A stretch of DNA of 60,882 nt, filler included, from Rhabdomonas costata (taxonomy: Eukaryota): the NCBI GenBank assembly GCA_019059605.1. It is 17 parts of 17 records of this genome, joined end to end, with 100 filler letters (N's around TTAATTAATTAA, not from the genome) between each part and the next. Parts side by side here need not be neighbours in the genome. Positions count along the whole stretch, not along the records: positions 1 to 3,490 come from JAHMHO010000786.1; positions 3,591 to 7,111 come from JAHMHO010000787.1; positions 7,212 to 10,699 come from JAHMHO010000788.1; positions 10,800 to 14,286 come from JAHMHO010000789.1; 13 more parts are not named here. One strand, written 5' to 3'. The number at the start of each line of letters is the position of its first letter. Position 1 is the first letter of the stretch. The position numbers and the translations under genes are program-made. Positions 1-11,459 of this stretch are shown one piece after another. The notes beneath the pieces are model-generated. The model did no database searches and was not told the origin of the DNA. It saw nothing but the letters and a program-made list of their open reading frames with translations.

Positions 1-129
1 TTTACAATGGTTTACCACAAGTGTCCGCCAAGACCAAAGTCATGAATCCAATAAACGCATCGAGAGTTAGCCAATTAGGTGTGGTACATTTGCGAGAGAG
101 TACACGTCCAGTCCAAAGCATATAGAAAC

Positions 130-1125
130 ATGCGCGATCAGCAGTGTTTTTGATCCGACGGAGATGTACGGTAGACTGGCCATTACGTCTATGTCAAAAT
201 GTGTTTGACGATGGAGTTAGCGAGAGTCTGTGCATATGCTGCAATGGTTTCAAAGTGGCAGTCATGCTCAGAATTGGTTTATTATTCCAGGACGCGCTGC
301 GAGGTGAGCAGGCAGGATTTGTTGGCAATGATCCTGTTTAATATATCAGAGCCCGTTGTTTTAACACACCCATATCCCACTGTGACGCCGGTGTTGTCAT
401 CTACTAGAAAGACACAGAGAGCTCCAGCACCAGTTCCACGTCAATGAGACGACCCAGCTACTCAGCGCTCCAGGATGAGGCATCTTGAGCCAGCGTTGAG
501 CGTAGGTGGCACAAAGGATACCAAGGTGAGTTAAAAGCACTGCTGCAAACCCAGCACGATACCCGTAACGGTATCCATCACTGACCACCATGAAGGTCAA
601 TTCGTCATTGGAATCAGCTACAGTAGACTGAGTGTGTCACGGTGTGCGGCAGCATCAGTGGTGGATCAAGAACAAGATGAAGATGACGAGAGCAACACTT
701 TTCATGTAACAAGGTGATTTCGGAGGCGTTAACTGCACAAGGTCCGGCTGGCGAAGAAGACATTTGGCGAGCTCCCTGATGTATATACTACAACAGATTG
801 AGGCTTCTATAGTCACGAGCAGCCGGCGATGACTGGGGTTCAGAATCAGGTCCGAGTACCCAAGGCCACAGTAGCGCAACGGGAGCGCGAGATAACACCA
901 GTGGAACCAGTCCTGAAGGCCTAAAACCGCACGGCAGATCTGAAGCACGCCACGCTAGATGGGGTTCAAGTTGGATAACGGAAAGGTTTTGTAGTTCGGC
1001 ACATACACCAAGTACGCAATAGTGACCCGTAGGGCTAAAATGAATGTCTGAAGACGGCGACGCACAGATCTACGAACAGTGCGCATCAAATACTGCGCGG
1101 TATCAAGTATAGCGCCGCTGGTGTA
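130..1125 (-). mobile_element. Decayed non-LTR retrotransposon fragment (post-RT region plus RNase H), copy 1
   Basis: Minus-strand fragments LALPLRYCGLGYSDL (GGLG-type LINE motif) and FMVVSDGYRYGYRAGFAAVL (RNase H first-Asp strand). Aligns by eye, in reverse complement, with 2210-3240. Contains stops and frameshifts. Confidence 0.75.
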
Positions 1126-1924
1126 CACCACAAAGCAGGAACAACCACATACGTGAAAACCACGGTCTCAGTTGACAGTCATTTTACCTAATTTATTCGA
1201 CATACTACAAAACTTCAATGACATCACCATCACTGGGAATTATGTCTGGATACAGTTAACCATGGCTGCTTGGATGGCTTGGTTACTCGTCTCCACTGGT
1301 AACAAATCCGCTTGTCCTGGATCTCAAAAGTCCTTGAAGTTATGTAAGAACACTTCATTTTTAAGCTAGTTGAACTATTTCTAAAAGAGTTTGGTCTGGA
1401 AAAATCACATACAAGAGATGCAATGTCGGAGTGTCAATGTGGTGGTGGGAACTGACAGGCTTGCTGGATCCGTAGTTGTCAGGTTGTAACCACCGTTGGA
1501 CTGTGCACAAATTTCCATAGATACACACATACAATTCAAGATATACACGTTAGCATCATCAGAATGTTGCGGGTCCCGAAAATTACCAGGACGCATACAC
1601 ACGAGGCAGGCGTTTCCAAAAAGGACTTCCACGGCTTCCACTAGAGGGGCAAACAAATAGTTTCCTCCTTTTGTGGTAAACATTTAGTTCAACGGAGCAG
1701 TTATGGTCACGTACCAGGGTTTTGGTTAGATGCCAATAATGAGGCGTTGTAATTAGTTACAAAAGCAGTGCAATAAGTAGTGGTATGTGCTCAAAAAGTA
1801 GCAGTTGAATTTATAACTGAAAATGAATGAAATAATATTGTACAGTGGAAACAACTACATGAGAATTCCAGCGAAATGAAGAGTAAAGCTTCATTGGGAC
1901 GAAGTCAATGTTTTTGTAACCTGA

Positions 1925-3240
1925 ATATGTCTGACGTTTCTGCTGCTCTGCATGACGTGCCGCTCTTTACTGATGACTCCAGCCAACTTGGGTGCACTTC
2001 TATGGAGCTGTGGCAGGTGGTCAGCCACGACGCCCTTATCGCCAATAATTGTGAAACGACAGTGAATGCTCAGAAGCTCCAATCCTAATGCGTGCAATGT
2101 TGTGATGGGCGTCTCCAATATGCCACGGATGCTGTATACACGTCCTTAGGCACCATGTAGACTGAGCCCGCGGGTCTCATGTTGGTGGCTGTTCCCTGCG
2201 TCATGGGGGACAACAGCGCCGCTATCCTAGATACCGCGCAGTCTGCTCTGAGTACGGTCCTGGGATCTGTGCTTCGCCATCTTCAGACATGAATTAAAGC
2301 CATCAGATTCACTCTTACGTACGTGGTGTCAGTGCTGGACTACAAACTGGCGGTGGTTCACGTTCAGTCTTCCAACATGCACCCCCTCCAGAGTGGCGTG
2401 CGTCAGATCTGCTGTGCGGTTTTAGGCATTCATGACAGGTTTCCATGGTATCATCTCGAGATCCAACTGCGCTACGGTGGCCTTGGGCACCATGACCTGG
2501 TGCTGCGCCTCCGTTATCTCCGAATGCTCGTGACTATAGAATCCTCCACCTATGGTAGTATATACACCCGGGAGCACACCAAAAGAAAGGTCTTCTCCGC
2601 CAGCCGCACATGGTGCAGGTTAACTCCTCCGAAATCACCTTGCTCCATGAATCGTGTTCTTCTAGTCATCTCCATCTTGTTCTTGATCCACCCCTGATGC
2701 TGCAGCCAACCGCGATCCAATCAGTCTCCTATGTCGCTGATGCCAATGATGAGGGGCCACTCCTGGTTTTCAGTGATGTATCCAGTCACGGATATCGTGT
2801 TTTGTTTGCCGCTGTGCTCGTCCATCACAGTGGTATCCTTTGTGACACCTACGCTTCAACTTTTGTTAAAGATGCCTCCTTCTGAAGCGCTGAGTGGCTT
2901 GGTCGTCTCCTTGCCGTGGAACTGGTGCGTGAGCGCCATGTGTCTGTCTGCATGGTAGATGACAAAACCGGCGTCACTCTGGGTAATGGGTGGTTCAAAC
3001 CATCTGGCTCTGATATGGTGGACCGGGTAATGGTCCACCAAGCTTCTCTGATCACCTCGAGTCGCGCCCTGGAAGGATACACCCCTGCTGAGCATTACTG
3101 CCACTGTGGAACCATGGCAGCAGATTCACAGCGTTTCGCTGACTCCATCGCCAAACACAGTTTGAACGGCGACGTAATGTCCAGTATACCGTACCTCTCC
3201 GTCACTCCACACCATGATGCTCGCGCATGATCGTATCTGC
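1925..3240 (+). mobile_element. Decayed non-LTR retrotransposon (RT C-terminal half plus RNase H), copy 2
   Basis: Motifs in the expected order: LFTDD (RT YxDD equivalent, 1966-1977), VNAQK, YTSLG, VVSVLDY, LRYGGLGHHDL, then RNase H-like VFSDVS..FAAVL, EL, MVDD and RFADSIAK. Several stops and frameshifts. Confidence 0.8.
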
Positions 3241-3490
3241 ATTCGGCCGTTGCGGGTCCTCTAGTGCATTTAAGACACCAAAGTGGCTACTTCTCGCTGC
3301 CTCCCTCGGCTTCCTGACTTTGAGCTTGGCGGACACTGGTAAGAAACCATTGTAAAGGAAAACCTGTTGTTTTCAACTGAGATCCGGTCGGCTCTTTGGC
3401 TGCGCTCCTCTGCTCATTTTTCCTTTGTTCCGGCCCATGCCTACTGTACCTTTTGTGCTCTGTGTACGAGTGTCCTGCGCACAAAAACCC

Positions 3491-3590
3491 NNNNNNNNNN
3501 NNNNNNNNNNNNNNNNNNNNNNNNNNNNNNNNNNTTAATTAATTAANNNNNNNNNNNNNNNNNNNNNNNNNNNNNNNNNNNNNNNNNNNN
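3491..3590. other. Artificial contig-joining spacer (N44-TTAATTAATTAA-N44), first of 16
   Basis: The same 100-nt linker, with stops in all six frames, recurs at 7112, 10700, 14287, 17871, 21456, 25041, 28627, 32208, 35791, 39382, 42976, 46557, 50140, 53720 and 57297. The pieces between are all about 3.48-3.52 kb. Confidence 0.99.
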
Positions 3591-3633
3591 AGATGTCAAT
3601 TCATTCTCACAAATCAGTGTCAGTGCCCTTTAT

Positions 3634-3750
3634 GCCTTCGCCAAGTGTGCATGTGTGTGGCCAAAAACAGCGAACGGCATCCTTCGACTTAGCCTTCGCC
3701 AAGTTTGCAGTGTGTGTGGCCAAAAACAGCGAACGGCATCCTTCGACTTA
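3634..3750 (+). repeat. Two-copy tandem duplication, 58-59 bp unit
   Basis: gccttcgccaagt(g/t)tgca(g)tgtgtgtggccaaaaacagcgaacggcatccttcgactta occurs twice head to tail. Confidence 0.9.
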
Positions 3751-4690
3751 ACTTCTGTCCTTTTACACGCGGGCGTGCTTCTGGTTAATCGAACACGGAC
3801 AATCCAAAAGGCAACCCTAGGGTTATTGGGGTAATAAGTGCGATGCATTTTTAACAGAAGTCTTTAACCCTGCACGGATTATCCCATCTCTCAGATTTCG
3901 CTGTAGCCTGCTATACCTGGTATATGAAAGGCTCAGCCAGGTAACTTTCCGCAACCGCTCATCAAAGTTACCCCTCAAGGGCACCTTTTGCAACGCAACT
4001 GCGAAATTTGAGTCCGGGGGTGTGGTGAGCGAATGTTCATTTATCCTTTCATTCCTTCAGGTATAAGCTTTCGAGACCAATATGAAAATACGTGCTTGTG
4101 TTTGATATTGTCGATATGATTCGTGCACTTGTAGAGAGACTTTCTAGAGCTGTACAGGAAGCACACGGAGTACTTTTTTCCGGTGCATTGCGCTCACAAC
4201 CTGCCGCCTGGCATTTGCCGAATTTACATTTGCTCTTGCCCCTTCATGCGTTTTCACGCCATCCCGAGAAAAGCTTGGGAGATGCTGGCTGGTTGAGCTC
4301 GGTATGATTCTGGGCTGCGGAATATCCTGAGACAAAATGAAAAATGCATGCAACGAGTCACGGCCTCAACACCTTGGCTTAACTATCTCAAACTGCTACT
4401 TTCTTTTTGATTAAAATGACTAAAGCCACCAAGGTCACTCCCTGATCGACCAGGAACGGCGAAAAGTCAAATAATAATGTGAACAGGAGACTCTTGCCGA
4501 TTCTTCCCAACCATCCTACTCTCTCTATTGCCAACTACTTCGACATCTCACTTCCCTTTTGCCTTTGAACAACCTGATGCTGTTTCTGCAATCGTTCACC
4601 ATCATTTCTTCAGAATTGAGTTCTGCTCTTTTTGGACTGCTGGCTCACCCTTCTCTTCCTTTGCCTTCGCCCGCTCCTTCCCCTTCGGTT

Positions 4691-7053
4691 ATGGCCACTG
4701 CCCTTGGGAGGCGCCGCCGGTCCTCGGCAGGGAGTAGCTACCTGACGGTTGCCCGTGCTGGGGTCACTGTGCTGCTTACGTTGGCGGCGATCTTTCTGGT
4801 GGCCTTCTCATATGGCCGGGGCCGCGCATGGCAGACGTGGCCTGCGGTACGGGCGGAGCAGTTCCCTCGGTATCCCCGGGGGGTGGGTCGGTTTGGTTGA
4901 CAACAGAGGCCGTTGAACTATATAAATTGTGCGGTGTGCACCAAGCAGACTCCCTCCTGAGCCCAAAGTTACCGGTGTTGATGCCCATTGCTTCTTTTTG
5001 CAGCTTTTCTGAAATAGAGAGCCGATTTTTTAAAGGAATCATTGCAGTCACGAACGGGCAGAGTTTTCAGCAAGCGCTCAAACAATCAGCAGCCTCAAAG
5101 ACCGCGAAGATTGCAGGTACACATATGTCCCCAAAGTGGGGGTAAGAACTGATTCAAGACGCGATCCTATGTTGCTGGTGGCTCCTGTGTTCCTCCTGTG
5201 CTCTTTGACATCGTTTTGGTGAGACTCGAGTCCCTCCCCAACCATTTGAGCATACAGGCACATGTCTCTTCCCGTTGGCCAATTCCTTTCACCTCTTACT
5301 GCCACCCCTTTCACTTTTCTCTTGTTAAGCCATATATTGTCGATCAGCTGCTGCTCTTGGTGGGGGGACCTTCATGCAGGGCAGTCAGTGTGGCAAGAGG
5401 TCATGCGGAGTCTGTGGTACAGAGTGTCGTCCCCAATGGCAGTATGGTGGTGCCCGCGACTGGTTCCGCCCCTGCGGCCGTGGCTGGCCCTCCTGTGGCG
5501 GAGCTGCTGTTCTTTAGCATTGGGGACTGGGGTGGTGTCACCCCGGTCTCGTTGGCGGTGACCCGTGCCATGGCGCAGTACGCTAAGCTCAGCGGTGGGT
5601 GTGCGCCATCCCACCTACACCCCGTCAAATATGCTGCTTTCCAGCGCTATGGCCGTCGCAACACCCCGTTAACGTAACTGTCCTCGTGGCTGCTAGGGGT
5701 GACAAATCGACTTGCCCGCCCCCACGATCGCAATATGGAGCCGGTTAGGTGGACAGGCGCACGTATGGTCATGCGATTGTCTGATCCGCAGCACATGAAT
5801 CGAATCGAAATTTAGCGTTTCATTGTGCTGGCCGCGCACTGGGTCAGTTTCCCAAGTTTTGCAGCACCTATGTCATATGCACCTTCCTCAATTGTGAGTT
5901 TCCCTCTCTGACGTGCAGGCTGCGGTTCATTCTGAGCACGGGGGACAACTTTTACGACCACGGGGTCCGAAGCGTGGAGGACCCTCAGTGGAACCGGTCT
6001 GCCTGTGGCTTTGTTGCCCTCTTGCCCAGGTTACCCTTGACCGTGCGAAAACCAAACCTGGGGTTCTCGTGTGTACGGTTTGTGTCTTTGGGACAAAAGG
6101 AACAGTCTTGTGGCACTAATGTTCGGTGAATATGTCCAGATCAAGTCACGGCATTGGATATGCCCCCAGGGCTTAGAATCACTTCTCTCAGCCTGACTTG
6201 TGTGGTATGTGGGCATATGGCATTTGGGCATCCGCGTGTCCTGCCGCCCTGTCCCCGCAATACACTCTGGGAAGAGTTTATTTTAAGTTTACGTGAATGA
6301 CTTGAGAGAATCCTGCACGCTCAGGACATTTCGGGCGCTGTTCTCCGCGCCTGAGCTTCAGGTGAGGTTTTACGCATGCCTGGGTAACCACGACTACCAT
6401 GCCAATGTCTCCGCCCAGGTGGCCTACACGGGGCGAGCGGGCACACACTGGTTCATGCCCGCTCGGGTGTATACGTTCACGGCCCAGGTTCGCTGCCTAA
6501 GCCTTGTTTTGGGTTTCTGTGCGTTGCTCCCTGTGTGGTTTTCTGGCGTCCGCTGGTCTACCTTTTAATTCTGAATGGAATTTGTCAATGAAAGGCTCCG
6601 AACGTTTGGTGCGTGCGCTTGCTGTCGAGCAGGCTCTGACGTCACCAAGCTTTCACTTTCATCTTCCAAACCCAGACTTTTTTCGACGGGGTTGTTTTTG
6701 TCCTGCCCTTGTTTTTTTTTCAATCCAACCACTTTGGGCAACAAAATACCTAAACCACCCAGAGGTAGTACGGAGAACCAATGGATACGAGGTGAGAGCT
6801 CCCATACGACGAAGATTTTACCGTCCGAGTGGAAAGTTGTTGCATGCTGTGTATTGGGGGAAGGGGGCGGACCGAACAGGTGGACCCGCTGACCTCGGCG
6901 CAGTTCTTCGTGCTAGACAGCTACAATCGGGCCCACTGGGGGCCCCAGGTGCCCTGGCTGGACCGCGAGCTCTCGCGGTCTACGGCGCAGTGGAAGTTCC
7001 TGGTCAACCACAACCCGCTGTATAGCGGGGGCTCCACCCACGGGGCCACCACC
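4691..7053 (+). CDS. Purple acid phosphatase / ACP5-like metallophosphoesterase with N-terminal membrane anchor (3' end cut by the contig)
   Basis: Phase-consistent GT-AG exons 4691-4869, 5380-5598, 5919-5996, 6325-6487 and 6880-~7053. Motifs IGDWG, GDNFY, LGNHDY, WFMPARVY and NHNPLYS..HG. Confidence 0.92.
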
Positions 7054-7075
7054 GGTGGGCCTCCCCTCCACACGC

Positions 7076-7111
<36 letters not shown>

Positions 7112-7211
7112 NNNNNNNNNNNNNNNNNNNNNNNNNNNNNNNNNNNNNNNNNNNNTTAATTAATTAANNNNNNNNNNNNNNNNNNNNNNNNNNNNNNNNN
7201 NNNNNNNNNNN

Positions 7212-10200
7212 CAGGGAGGGCTGGGCTCGGGGAAGATCCCGCGGGGCGGGGGGTCACGGAACTTCCGCAGAGAGGTCAGCATGAAGTCCCAGTCCACCAC
7301 GGCGCGGTTCTCCGCGATCAGTCTGTAGGTTTTTAAAGTTGAGTTTCGTTTCTGGTTTCACCTTTCTGGTTTGTGTTGTTTGTATTACATTTTTATTTAT
7401 AATTTACACATTTAATTTTATTTATAATAATTTACACTATTCTTCCCGTAAATTATTGTTGCTTCGCTTCCATCCATTCATGTGGATCTTGTGGTTCGGT
7501 TAACGTTTGAAGAAGGCGGATTGCGAACAAAGTGATAGAGAATTGGAGCGAGGGTAGGGAAGGGGGCATGAGGGACTGTGCAAGGATGGGATGTTTGTCC
7601 TGTCACATGCCAACAGAAACTCAGAGGGCACATGTTTATGTGATTTCGGGTAAAAAGTCACCTCAAAGGAAAAATAGTGAAGAGATGTGGTACACACTGG
7701 CATCACTGGATTTGTGTTTTTGCACGAATGTCGAGGGAAGGACGTGTATAGGCATACGCGCTGAGGTCAAACATGTTCAGGGGGCCAGCAAAGGGGTCCT
7801 CGTCGGCGTCCAGGTCCTCTGGGTCGTCGGGGCAGAACGGGTAGTGCCCCAGCGCACACTCCTGCAGCCAACCCGCCACCTCACTCTTCACACCATAGGC
7901 GACGCAAACATTCAGACACAATGGATGAAAACAAAAAATATGCACCACCTGTGCACGTACGTACGTACGCACTGACGTGGATGCGCAAAATACACGAGCA
8001 GGTCACTAGGCGCAGCCCCATATCCCATTCATACCAACAACACGGAGAAGACTGGAAAAATGCTGGTCAATCGCAAAGGATAATTTACAGCTGACATCCA
8101 AATGTTCACACATACTCACAAACTCGCACACACTCAATCAGTCAGCCAGCCAGTCACACACACGCACACTTCATGCACAAGGCATAATTTTGGTGGAGGT
8201 CTTGTGCCTCCAGCGGACTTTCGAACACCCTCCCGCTGCCTGGCCACTTCTCGGAGTACGGATCACCCGCTGCTGGGCGGAGGTTCTTGGGAAGCCTTAA
8301 TAGTGCATTAATCCGTGGTTCTAGGGAGCTCCAACCCTGTGCGTCCACCCTGCTGAAAGCTGGGAGTCCTTTTTTTCAACTCATCTTCTGACTGGGATCC
8401 TCATGTCATCTTATTCAAACCACGAAGAGCCCCAATCGTGACGGTGTGGCGGCGGGGCATTCGTGGGTCGAACGAACAGAGCCCACTGCACTCAAGGCAT
8501 GTGTGACTCCTGGTACACCCGTCCCGGTCCGCCACACTGATGAAGAAGGTTTTCCAGTGTTCTTGATTTCTTTCACAAAGCATATGCATAGAGACAAAAA
8601 CGTACACATTCGCACACAGGCACACACATACACACCGCACAGGTCACGCCAACGGCCCATATGTCTGAGGCAGCGCCGTGCTCATCGCCCCGGATCCGCT
8701 CCGGGCTCATGTACGCCGTGGACCCGACCTGCACGAATGGCACAGCAAGTAGCAAAAAAGAAGACATTGAGGGGGTCTTACAAAGGAATTGAGGATGTTT
8801 TAGTTCACCACCAAGGGGGCCCTTCACCGAATCGTAGCCAACAGTGAGCGTTAGCATGGAGCCATGTGGAGCAGAAAAACAGCTCCCGTTATTCCGTTAT
8901 TGGTAACGCTGGTGCCTCGATGAGGTTCAAGATAACCCCTGACTGGTTCTGGTACACACAAACAAGGATCCGAGAAAAATCTGCAATTATTTCTGCAAAA
9001 ATCCGAGGGGTCACCTTTTTATTATTTGAAAAAAAAATCGCAAAAAAAAAAAGCCCTGCCAAGAGGCAGGTCTCCCCAATTGCTCATAAGATGCTCAAAA
9101 GAGACATCTTTTAGAGTTTTGGGAGGAAGACGAGGAATGAATTGAACATGCCTCCAGTCAGCATCTCTCTCTTGGATAACTTCTGGAATCTAAATTACAT
9201 TCGTTGACAGCAAAAGAGAAGAGAGAGAGAGACCAACAAATCACAAAATAATAGTTCAGAGTGGCATGAGAACTGGCGGACGTCTTCGGCGTGTTAAACT
9301 GCACAGGCCGCCTGGTGCCCCCGGCTCGCGACTCCCCCGCACGCACACACAAAACACACAAGAGACAATATGCACCTGCGTCATTGTCGTTTGCCGCAGC
9401 ACGAGCATCGCAGATACCCCGAAATCTAATGCCAAACAAAGAGTAGCAATGCAGGATGGTTGTGTGGGGAGCGGTAGAAGGCATCTGATGTGTACAGTGT
9501 GGGCGTTGGACGCATGGAGCGCGGGTTGTTGTCAGTTGCCTGAATCACTGTTATCCGACTGGCTGTTGGTGTCGACTGACGGGCACGCGCTGTGTTGGCC
9601 AGGGTGCTCGCAGGAGGTATCCCTTTGGAGCGCGGGGCACCGGCATTTGTGGCACAACCACCTGAAGTGTGGGCATACGGGTCAGCGTGTGCATATGTAT
9701 GTGCATTTGGCTTTCCACTACGGGGAGTCTTGGCGCGCGTGGTGGGCGAGCGAACAAATGAGAAACCCTCTGCAAGAATGGGTTCCTCCCAAAGGGCACA
9801 AACCCTAACCACAAAAACGTTGCGGGGCCTCACCAACAGCCCACACGGGCGCAAATCGTCTTTCACATGACCTATCGAAGTCCCGCATTTCGGGGTTACC
9901 TCTGTCGGCGTACAAGGCCGGCAGCCAAGGAATGATGCTGCTGAAAAATCCGTCATTTAGCCTCACTCCTTTGAGAGCTTGCGCACAAACCAGCAATCTT
10001 CACCACGCCGGTGTGGCTGACGAGAAGGTTGGAGGGCTTGAGGTCCCGGTGGACAATGCCACTGCGGTGGAGGTGGGCCAGCCCGGCTAAGACCTTTGAA
10101 ACGATGCGGAAAGGAAAAGTTATTTTCCAGCAAGTGTGCCTCTACTCACTAGATGATGTTATTTTCCAAAAGGGGGTTGGTGTTTACTATTCCACTGCCC

Positions 10201-10624
10201 CCTAGAGGCCGACTCTTTAACATAATAATTTTCGACCATTCAACGGTATCAAACGTCCAACCTCTCCCCCAAAAATACACAGTCCTCCATTCACGCGCTC
10301 ACAAATAAACACAAAACAACACATCTGAATCGTCTTCCCGCATCTGGAGTGGCTTGCGTCTGGACTTGAAGTCTGTTTAGGGTGGTGCAGCGTGGGGGTT
10401 TTGCCTGTCTCTGAAATTTGGCTGCAGTGCTGGGTCGGGTTCTTGAACAACACCCCCTCTCTGGTAGGAGGTGCTCTCACAATTTCTCAAGTTGTCCGGC
10501 TAAGGTATGTCTAGTGAAGGGCAAAAACCTGGGACATGACCCCCGCCAGCACGGGCATGGGGAAGGCCCCATGGCTGCGAAGAATCCCCGAGAGCGAGCC
10601 CAGGCGGAGATATTCCATCACCAC
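7212..10624 (-). CDS. MAP kinase kinase (STE7/MEK-like) Ser/Thr kinase, internal part
   Basis: Exons 10624-10529 ([11 protein letters not shown]), 10093-9991 ([14 protein letters not shown]), 9425-9403 (DFGVSAML), 9298-9266, 8728-8636 ([18 protein letters not shown]), 7861-7758 (ECALGHYPF) and 7322-7212. All phases fit. YMSPERI and ECALG are MEK-type. Confidence 0.9.
9495..9645 (+). repeat. Dispersed repeat family A, partial copy inside a kinase intron
   Basis: Shares gttgg.cgca..g.gcg...g.tgttg and gactgac.gg..cacgcgctg..ggcca.ggtgctcgca.ga.gt with 36455-36720. Confidence 0.7.
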
Positions 10625-10696
10625 CTGTACGCGCACGATATGTATGCAAGTGTTGAGAGCACCTCCTACCAGAGAGGGGGTGTTGTTCAAGAACCC
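10437..10696. repeat. Perfect 43-bp inverted repeat (10437-10479 / 10654-10696) at a contig end
   Basis: gggttcttgaacaacaccccctctctggtaggaggtgctctca and its exact reverse complement bracket kinase exon 10529-10624. Confidence 0.95.
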
Positions 10697-10865
10697 AACN
10701 NNNNNNNNNNNNNNNNNNNNNNNNNNNNNNNNNNNNNNNNNNNTTAATTAATTAANNNNNNNNNNNNNNNNNNNNNNNNNNNNNNNNNNNNNNNNNNNNT
10801 TTTGGGGGCATAGCCGGGGTAGAGGGGGGGATTGCCATTGAAAAAGAAGGGCCTCAGGGGCGAAC

Positions 10866-11036
10866 CTTGGAGCGCAGGTTGGCCAGGACCATGCTGCGCA
10901 GCCGAGTCTTCAGCTGCCCCGCCACTCCGCTCTGCTGGAACACCGTGAACAGCCTCTCCCGCAGCTCCTCAGCGGAGAGCTCCTCCCCTTCCCCAGCCGC
11001 CGCAGCTCTGGGGCCGCTGACGGGAGCCCACGACAT
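10866..11036 (-). CDS. First exon of an OFD1/FOPNL(FOR20)-like centriole or basal-body protein
   Basis: MSW...LSAEELRERLFTVFQQSGVAGQLKTRLRSMVLANL resembles the helical N-terminus that precedes LisH in the OFD1/FOP/FOR20 family. Donor AAG|gttcgc. Confidence 0.7.
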
Positions 11037-11459
11037 CTTCTCTCAGAAGGAACGAAGAGGGATGTGCTACTATTCCCAATGGGAAGGCTCACAGGCTGTA
11101 AGAACAGCCCAATTTAGCGGGCTCCATTTTTGTAGGCAGAAGAGAAAACCCAACGGAAAAAATCAACCACCCAATCTAAAAAAAATATTCTGCGCGTGCG
11201 AAGACAGAAACCGGGCCACACGTGAGTATGGCACTTGCAGATCAACAAGGTAACCATCATTAGGGGGGGAGGGGGGGTGCAACCAAAAACTACGGCAGGA
11301 CCCGGATCTTCCTTCCCACTGCTCTCAAGCAACGAAAGGACGCGACAAAAAGGTCCGCAGTTCTGGCCCAGGGCTAAAAGCAGCAGTCATAGAGCTTTAT
11401 CGAATGTGGGACTTTAAATAAAATCAACGCTGAGGTTAGCACACAAACCACACAGAATA

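Noticed and set aside
3535-3546. Recurring TTAATTAATTAA palindrome and ORFs ending in ...LIN
   Set aside because: Artificial six-frame stop linker inside N runs; not biological.
3634-3750. CRISPR-like repeat
   Set aside because: Only two abutting copies with no spacers and no cas genes, in a eukaryotic context.
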